A stretch of DNA of 63,191 nt from Catajapyx aquilonaris (lineage: Eukaryota): assembly GCA_000934665.2 (NCBI GenBank), contig JYFJ02002141.1, forward strand, positions 1 through 63,191. The letters run 5' to 3'. Below, one piece after another: positions 54,301 through 63,191 of the stretch. A program made the translations under genes and the position numbers. Within the stretch, counting starts at the first letter, position 1; each line of letters starts with the position of its first letter. The notes under the pieces were generated by a model. That model saw only the letters and a list, made by a program, of their open reading frames with translations, did not search any database and was not told the DNA's origin.

Positions 54301-56512
54301 CTGCTGGAGAATATATAGGCTTCTCCAAAGCCCCATTCAGACGAGATACCCAACGTCACAGAAACGTCACCAGGACCTAAGCATATGTCAGAAAAACGTG
54401 TGTGAAAATGGGCAATATTGAATTGTTGTACGATGAAAAACAATGAAACCGGCAGGTCTTCAAATTAGTTGGATCATATAGCAGCACTATACAACGAGTT
54501 ATAAGTGCGCATGCCCCTTCTATCAACTAAAAATGGCAGCCAATAGGCTTGAGGCAGGTGTTATCCTCCCTGAAAGCCAGCCTCACGAGTGGTGGCAAGC
54601 AAATTCAAAACATGCCTGTCTGGCCTGCCACGGGAGTCTACTTTATGCTAGAAATTGGCTTAGGGGCTGGTGTACTGTACGTGCGTCATGTGTTGCTGAC
54701 ACTACTTCGCATGCAGTAACCTGGCCGGTTCTAGAAATAGGTAATTGCAAATTAAAGGTTACGTATATAGAGAGTGAACAAAAAAAAACTTGATACGCCA
54801 ATATCCTTTATATCCTAAAATATCTAAAAAAAAATGCACGTATAAAGTACACAGAAATAGCCAGGAAATATTGTCAATTAGGTTTTGTCAGAGCCTATAT
54901 ACTGGCCTGAATTTTGGACGCACAAATAATGTATGCATTTCTCTATTACGTTCGCAGCATTCTTAACCTGTAAACAAGTTCTAGAGTGCTGAATTACAAT
55001 CTGCATATTTCAAAAGGTATAAATGCCCCAGTTGCATGTGGTGTGCATGCGTGCATACACAGTGCGTGCAAGTCATCACCCCCCAATAAACAACACGAGA
55101 CGGGAAATATCACAACCCAGCCCATTTCGCCACATTGAGAGAGTGCACGTCTCGCTTCAAATAAAAATTAAATCTGGGAAAACTCCCTGTGTTTCGTATA
55201 AAAACCGACAGAGAACATTGCGGTGTAATCTGCTCCAGTCGGTTGCACATATTGAAACCGAGTGTATTTGCTCCTGCAAACAACAACAGAGAGCAAGGGG
55301 GAGCCTTTTCCCTTTTATCCGGATTGGCGTCACGAAGGCAACATTACAGCTCCTTTGGGAAGCAGGTCGCAGAGACCCAATAACTCCCAAGAGACTAATG
55401 GAAGCTGGTTTCTGGGTTCACCAGAGCCAATGTCCCTGCCCCATCTTCCAGGCACCGATTCTTGCCCTTGCTGTCACTACAACACGCTCCAACTCTATAT
55501 TTAGCTCCAATGCACTCTGCCATACAATCACAGCACCCTCATGTACTCTATGCCTAACGACCGTACACTGTTACATAGTGCGGTGCCAATATGTTCGGCT
55601 GAATGTATGCCCTACTGCCCCACTAGCCCATTCCTGAAGCGCAGCACCTATTTTTAGTAAGTTGCACGCATTAATTCCGTGCAACGAACGCTAGAATGCA
55701 CTCCACCTCACTGACTTTGCCTTATTTCGCCGGAGCAAAATTACGATCCGTGTGCCCACCCCCTCCCCTCATCACTATGCAGCACAATTGCCTTGTTGAA
55801 TAAAGATGACGAAACCTTTAGCCAAACTCTACACCCGAAACTTGCGGGGGAAGCCGTATTATAAATGCGGGTTTCCAGGCCGGAATCGATCTCGCAGATT
55901 CTTCCGCAAACTCCGAATGGGCTCGATATTAAAGTGATAATCGCGGCTAGGCGAAAAACCCAGTAGGAGCTACCCAAAAGAGATGGAAGGTGTGCAAAAA
56001 TGATGTGCAAAAAAAAAGATGTGTGAATAAAGAGTGGATCAAATAGAAATATGGAAATCCTGGACCTCGCCATCTAATAACGCCTATAGACGCAGTTGCA
56101 ATAGTCGTTACGAACCGCAGATGCAATTTGCAGATTCTCGGCAACAACTAGTCGTTTGACACGAATGGCAGTGCAAATTTTAAATGGGAATTTCAGCACT
56201 CAAATTATGCTCCTTGTCATAAACTGCACTGGGTCTCATAATACATCATCATGGTGTTTGATTCCAACACTGCAGAGTCCCTGAATCATCTCGCAGATTA
56301 CATGGACTTCCGGAGAATCCCAACAGGCACAGTACCTCATATTCTGTACCCATATATACCCAAATTCCTCTAATAACCCGCTTACTCCAATTAAGCCATG
56401 GTGAATTCACAAAATTCTGCAATTCCCTCAATTCATGTATAGAAGAGGTGATTAACGTAAAGGCTAATTCCTGCTATAAAATATTTTGCGAGGAAGTGAT
56501 TGCAGCATTGGA

Positions 56513-56538
56513 GCATGGTACACAGGCATGGTACACAG
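56513..56538 (+). repeat. Perfect 13-bp tandem duplication
   Basis: GCATGGTACACAG twice. Confidence 0.9.
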
Positions 56539-56968
56539 GGCACCTGTATATTCCTGCACTGCCGCTTCCTGCTTAATTAAAGTAGTTTAGGATCTCCCTT
56601 GTTGCAGTACCCTGTAGTTATGCCGATATAATATTCTCAGTTGCGTGCAGCTTAGCCCGGACCGAACAGTTACTCCCAAAATCCGGACATTAAAAAGTTA
56701 TTTCAGCATTGTAGCAAAATGGCGAACATCATTTTGATGGGCATGCAGTATTACCCCGTACATTTTAAAAGGTCGCATCCACCTATAAGTCGGATTAGTC
56801 CTATACATATTTCCCTCAGTAGTAATATGCCAGAATAAATTGGGATATTTTTATCCCGCTCTGTTGGTCACGAGGCAAAACTCGGGAGGATCCAGCATTT
56901 CGCCCGGGGGGAGAGACATTGCAGTCAGTTTAACGAGACGTATAACATGTGCTCTCACTCTCTCCAGC

Positions 56969-57580
<612 letters not shown>

Positions 57581-58772
57581 GAGAGAGAACATTGCAAAAG
57601 TTATGCCCTTCCAGCCTTCACTGCCAAAGGTCAACTGCCACTCGTTCTCAGCGGCTCCAAGTGAAGATGTGCATTCTAAATAATTCCTAGGTTTATTCAA
57701 CGATGGAGTCATCCAAACATTGATGACGCAAACTTACAGTGCAAAAAATATACATGTACGTGCCCAGAATAAGTGAAGAAACTCGGTGCGGGCGTCTTCA
57801 TTTGCATAAAGGGCACGGGGGTCATGGGCTTCATACTCACGCCGGCAATTTCTGAAACACCTTCCGCCAAAGATAAAACCCACGCAATATGACAAGCCCT
57901 GGGGGGTCCATGAGGCAGCACAGGAACGCATTCCTGGCTGCGGAAGGAACGCCCACGCCAATTCCCAATTCTCATTCAGAACAAAAGGGCGAATCCAATA
58001 AGTTGCATTCTAAAGAGGGCTATATGGAAACCATTCATATAACCAGTCATTTAAATTCATAGTGGCATAGTGTTAAATAAGTGCCGAGTGCTCAATACGT
58101 ATTTAGAATGCACATTGCGTGCACACATAATGTGTCATTACAGTTCAGTGGTGTAATTATGTACATGGATAATGTACACATAACTTAAGGGCATTGTTCC
58201 TGTATGACATAATAGTTGTTGACCCATGCGTCAAGTATACACAAAGCCATTTCCAACCCTTTCGTGTGGCATGCTACTTCTTTCGAGTGAACAAAATGTG
58301 CAAGTATACATTCTGATGCACAGAAAAATACGTGTACAAAAATTCGTCCACAATATTGCGCCACACATTTTCAAAACTCTATATATTTTCTTACATTTAC
58401 CCGCTAAAACCTTTAAATGTACAGAAAATTACTACAAAATCTCATTTTAACCCAAATCAAGATCATCATCTGCAATGATATACAAAAGTGCTCTCCAAAA
58501 GAAGCACGCCCATTTAGTCTCTATATCTTCACGTCCAACCCAGTACCCCCCAAAAAATGGCAAGCAAAAATATTGCACGCTATATACCCTGGTCTTGCCC
58601 TTGCCACTCAACTTTTGCTAGCAAAAAAGAGCCCGTTTTGTGTCGAGGCAGGCAATCGAATGGTTTCCTGCTGATCAGGCTAGTTAGTTAGCAACGCTTT
58701 ATTTGCAGCAGGTTCATTGATCCAATGCGGCGCTCTGATAAGTATGTACTGGCCCGCCCGCCTGCACTGACC

Positions 58773-58790
58773 CTCTCTCTCTCTCTCTCT
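58773..58790 (+). repeat. (CT)9 microsatellite
   Basis: Read directly from the sequence. Confidence 0.9.
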
Positions 58791-59397
58791 CGCTCTCCGG
58801 ATATCAGGATTTGCGCCTAAAACCGGACTTTCCGGGGACCATCCCCACCCACCGTCAACTAACGAGTTCGTTATCACTTACACCACCAGGGACTATAATA
58901 TATTTTAGGCTCAAATCCCACCAAATCCGATTTTGCAGTTTCCCCTGGAATGTTAATGCCACTGCTATCTTAGTTAATCGAGTCGCCATGGGTGTGATAG
59001 CTCGGCACAACATAGCTCCGCATTATACTCGTTCAGATGAGATATGCGGTGAAAATGTCCAAGATGGTGTAGAAAAAAAATAAAATGGGACGAATATTTC
59101 ACTATGCAAAAATAAAACTGGTGGCATCGACATGCCTGCCATGTAATATATTACCCTTCCCAAAAATATGGGCGAAAACAAATCGGGCGCTAACTGTCTC
59201 CAGCTTGCGTCTCTTATTGCAACACATTAGATAACACCACAACACTCATACAGTAAACATGTCAAAATCTGATGTGCACAAACGACAAAACAGATGCAAA
59301 CTCGTGCGGTTAACCACTCATTAAAAATGACACACAAGCACCGACTCACCTGCAGCAACACACTGGTACACACTAAAAGCAGGTGTGGTTTTTTTTC

Positions 59398-59446
59398 CGA
59401 AAAAATATATAAAAGAGAGCACGAAAAAATATATAGTAAAGGAGAG
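59398..59446 (+). repeat. Imperfect tandem duplication, period about 24 bp
   Basis: CGAAAAAATATATA at 59398 and 59422, each followed by an A-run and GAGAG. Confidence 0.8.
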
Positions 59447-60901
59447 TCGGCAGCATTCAAATGCATAACATGTCCATCCCAGCAGCTTCCTGCGGTTTGC
59501 TAAACGGAGATTTTTTTTACCCAGCTGCACCAATTTCACTACGAGCTTTAGAGTCTTTGCTTTCGACTCCGGGACCAGCACACAAAATTTTCCAGATGGG
59601 ACTCTTATACTAGTGCGAAAAATCAATGTAGAACAAATTACGCTGCGCTTTCCCAATACGAAAAAAAAACTCGTCCCTTAATTCGTTGCAATGTTCGTTT
59701 TCGCCTTGGGACCTGTCACTTCAAAGCATCTGGCGCTGAATTAATTGATGTTTATTGATCTCAGCTGCTGCAGCGAATTTCAAAGGTGAGTTTTGCACAG
59801 GAAACGAATTACAACCGGTGTTCAGCTGCTCACGGGAAAATCGCATCCTATTTCACCTGCGAGCACTGTTCCTCTGCAGATTAGCCTAGTGCGAAATTGG
59901 CAAATTCCTGCAGGGTGATCCAACAGGGAAGTATAGTACTTACAGTACATTCACAGAAATGTATTTAGCTGTTATCCAGACAGCAAAAATTACTTTTAGT
60001 AGAAAATTTGTAAGCAACTGATAATTTTGGTTTCTTCAATATCGTGCTGATGATCGGTGCTGCTTCGATCCCAAAAGTGTCACGGCTTCGTCGCAAACCG
60101 CAGAAGCAATCAAGGTGAGACTCCGTTTTCCACATACCCCTTCTCACAAAAACGGAAGGGGTTGTGGGTCTCAAGAAAATGGGGGCGACACCTAGTGAAT
60201 GGCAAATGAGCCAAAATGCGCCGAAGCCACAATCCAATCGTGAGATAAGAAGGAGAAGAAGAAGAAGAAAAAACCGATGAAAAGAAGTAAGGGCATCCAA
60301 AAGATAGAATGAAAAGGGAGAAAGAGGAAAAGAGAGAACGTGATGGCGCGGAAAAAATCGCATATATATCTTTCAAGAAAAAAAAAAAAAGGTGTGGAAT
60401 CGGCTGACTCGCCCCTCCAAGACACCGAATATTTTACCAATTTCAATTTGCATTTAATTGAGCGCCACTTTTATTATGCAGGTACAGAAATGCGGTCGCG
60501 CTCCTTTCCTTATCCAGCAGCAGATCGAGCCGATATGTTATCAAGCAAACGCACGTACGGCCTTGATCTGCCTGAATTTAAACCGATCTCCGTGTTTTAT
60601 GGGCCTCAAATTAAATAAGTTTAGTCCTCTTAACTTAAGAAGGCTGCCTATATACGTGACGTAAAAATCGGGACTAGTGTTTTGGCACGAAAATAAGTGT
60701 GGGACATAGTTAGGAGTAGGTCTAGATTTCCGTGACTGAGCGTGACGTGGAGTAAGTCAGGAGAGCTTACAATCATCGTGACGACCTTTAAGAATGGCCC
60801 TTTTTTTCTTCAATCAATCTTCATATAGAGTCCACAATGAACTTGGAGATGCGAGTCGTGGTTGAAGGAATTTGGGTGCCTTGTTGTGTGTAATTAAGTA
60901 C

Positions 60902-61153
60902 CTGCTTGCAGGTGAACGGCGGGACGGAAAAGGAGCAGGGGCGGCTTCGGGGCGGCGCCGGTGTCGGCGCCGGTGCCCCTTTCGGGGGCACGCCCAGGGC
61001 TTCTCTTCGAGAGGCTCTCATGGCCTTCTTGGAGGCCGCACTGACCTGACCTGCCGGGTACGTCCCTGACCCGGCGAGCGAACCGCGAGACCCTGACAGC
61101 CCCGGGCCTGCCCCCGAGGGGCTACTACTCCCCGCCCCTTGCCCCTGCCAGCC
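60902..61153 (-). CDS. Candidate internal coding exon (84 aa, Gly/Ser/Pro/Ala-rich, unidentified protein)
   Basis: Acceptor ttcttggtttacag| and donor CAG|gtactt. The exon is 252 nt, phase 0-0, and only this minus frame is open: GWQGQGAGSSSPSGAGPGLSGSRGSLAGSGTYPAGQVSAASKKAMRASRREALGVPPKGAPAPTPAPPRSRPCSFSVPPFTCKQ. It is 72% GC by count, with compositional edges at the splice sites. No homology recognised. Confidence 0.4.
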
Positions 61154-61171
61154 CTGTAAACCAAGAACATG
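60912..61171 (+). other. Alternative model: structured 5'UTR or non-coding exon ending in ATG at a consensus donor
   Basis: Possible acceptor cttgcag| at 60911/60912. The segment ends AAGAACATG|GTGAGT (A at -3). All three plus frames contain stops, there is a 9-codon uORF at 61020, and six tandem hairpins. Confidence 0.3.
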
Positions 61172-63191
61172 GTGAGTGCTCCGGTCTCCTGTGCACAACC
61201 CCTGTTCGCATCTGGACTACAACTACACATGTAAAGTGTCGCAAGAGTCACAAAATGCCAATGTTCCGACTTGGAGACGGGAATTTATGATAACTTTTGC
61301 GACACTTTTGCGGAAGGATTAGGGTACTACACAGGATAGCATGCAACATAGTACAAGGTTACGACATAAAAGCAAACAACCATCCCTCAATTTGACCATC
61401 ACAACAACACCAGCTGCAAAAACGACAACAACGACAAATTTGTGGTTACACACACAAATACACAGAATTTGTTATTCCACACAAATGACTTGTCTGGTAA
61501 AGTGGTGACAGTGAAATGCGCGCAACATTTCGGTTACAAGCACCTAACGTTTAGTACAGTACAAACAAGCACATGTACTTGGGACATTAAATAAAATCGA
61601 ATCCGTTTGTCAGACCATACATTGAACATGTAAACCACTATCCACCAAAGTAGCCTTATTAGTTGAATTGTGCACTAAAACTCCGCGTGTGAGGCTCTTT
61701 GTCGGTTAAGTAAATTCCCGTTTTAATCATGCGCGTGACGGAAAGTGCTTTTTCACGTCTGAAAGAATAAGTGTGGTAGCGTACAAACTGGAGTCAGGCA
61801 GGTCACAAATGGGTCTGGTCATTATTGCGCTCCCAAAGGAAGAGCATCCCTTAATAGAACTCATTAATGGTTACAAAAGCAAGGGAATGGGAAATAAAAG
61901 GGAGTCACGTGACCTGACAACCCAAGCAGGGGCAGCACATATTTCATTCAGAGAGAGCCGTACAAGGGAACCAAGGGGCACAAAATTCCCCCCCAAAAAA
62001 TCCTCCCAATTATTTTACCCTTTGATGTAACTGAATCTAACAATGCACCTGGAAAATGACTCTCTAAGCCTCTGTGTGTTCATTACCGCAATTTTATCAT
62101 CGAGCTGGCGGAAAAAAGGTGACTTGCAGTATTTTTTATTACATTACGTAACCTGCTGCAATGCGAAGTTATCTGGGTGATAAGTTAACTCAAAGGCAGT
62201 TTTTAGTAATCCTATCGCAGCCGCCCTAATCCTGAGAGCGCCAAAAATGGGTCGTTTCAAACTCAGAATTTCACTCGGGTTGTCATAATCCAAGACGTGA
62301 ATTACGGTTAATGGGCGTAGACTTCGGAAAGTAATTAGTTGCCGATACGTATCGCCGGTTATAAATTCCAAAACTGCGGTCCACAAGTTGCCCGGATTTT
62401 GGGAGTTTGATTAAAACCTAGCGGGTAAAAAAAAACTTGGCTCCGAAAACGGACGGTCTCCAAAAGTTTCCGACTGCATAAAATAAAAACATCTAAAAAC
62501 TTTCTTCTAAATGATACTATGCGGCGCTAGGCCTCTTTTAGTTGAGCACAATTTTTTCCCCCCCAATTAATGAGAAAACCCAATACTGTACTGTACATAT
62601 TATAGAAGAGTTGGCCACTTCTGACGTAGGATATCAAAACCACAGCTGAATATTTTCCCACCACAGAAAAAAAACAACCCCCCATACCCCCTCACACCCT
62701 GAACTTTTAAACCTTTCGCGTGCACACCTAATGACGTGAATTTTTTTTTTTTCTTCCTTTCATAACACCCCCTCCAGCTCGATCCAAGCCGTAAAAATAG
62801 ACGTTGGCCACGAAAAGTGTGGCAACACTTCCCCATTCTGAGGCTAAACCAGGAAAAACTTTGTTCATTACGAAAATTGAGTTCGCAAGCAAACAAACAA
62901 AAAATGAGCCTAACAAAAACTGCTGGGCCTCCTTCCAAATTAAAGTTTGTATGACCAAAACAGCTCTCAGAGAGAGATAAGACTGGTTCCAAAAGGGGGC
63001 AACGCTTGCTCTAACTGCAAAGGGCTGTAAAACCTACCCATTTGCGCCTAAGGCTTGTTGAGCCCACCCACCCACCATCTTTACTGCCTCGATAAGGTCC
63101 GTGAAGATAGCACCGCCACTTTGAGCTCAAAAATCATACTCGTGTCCATATTTATGAGCTTTTTTTGAGCTTTCCAACGCAGTCTATCAAT

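Noticed and set aside
56608..56617. TACCCTGTAG, the 5' end of miR-10/miR-993
   Set aside because: Only 10 nt match miR-10 and there is no complementary arm.
60902..60922. PFTCKQ as the start of a C2H2 zinc finger
   Set aside because: I found no downstream exon supplying the C-x12-H-x3-H remainder in this window.

Overview
This is not prokaryotic DNA. It reads as about 63 kb of animal non-coding sequence (a large intron or gene desert): moderately AT-rich, with frequent CpG (invertebrate-like, species not determinable), no recognisable protein domain in any listed ORF, and no rRNA, tRNA, CRISPR array or transposon ORF that I can support. The most distinctive element is a sharply bounded island of about 72% GC at 60902-61171. 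On the minus strand it reads as a splice-site-bounded, phase 0-0, fully open 84-codon exon. On the plus strand it folds into six back-to-back hairpins and ends in AACATG|GTGAGT, downstream of a CGTGAC motif cluster. Other notable items are a pure 607-nt poly(A) run (probably partly an assembly artefact), a 22-mer matching miR-216a at 20/22 positions, at least 11 perfect TGACGTCA (CRE) palindromes, an exact BMP/Smad GGCGCC-N5-GTCT element, and several candidate splice sites and micro-exons. All functional calls are tentative, and nothing here demonstrates a new biological system.
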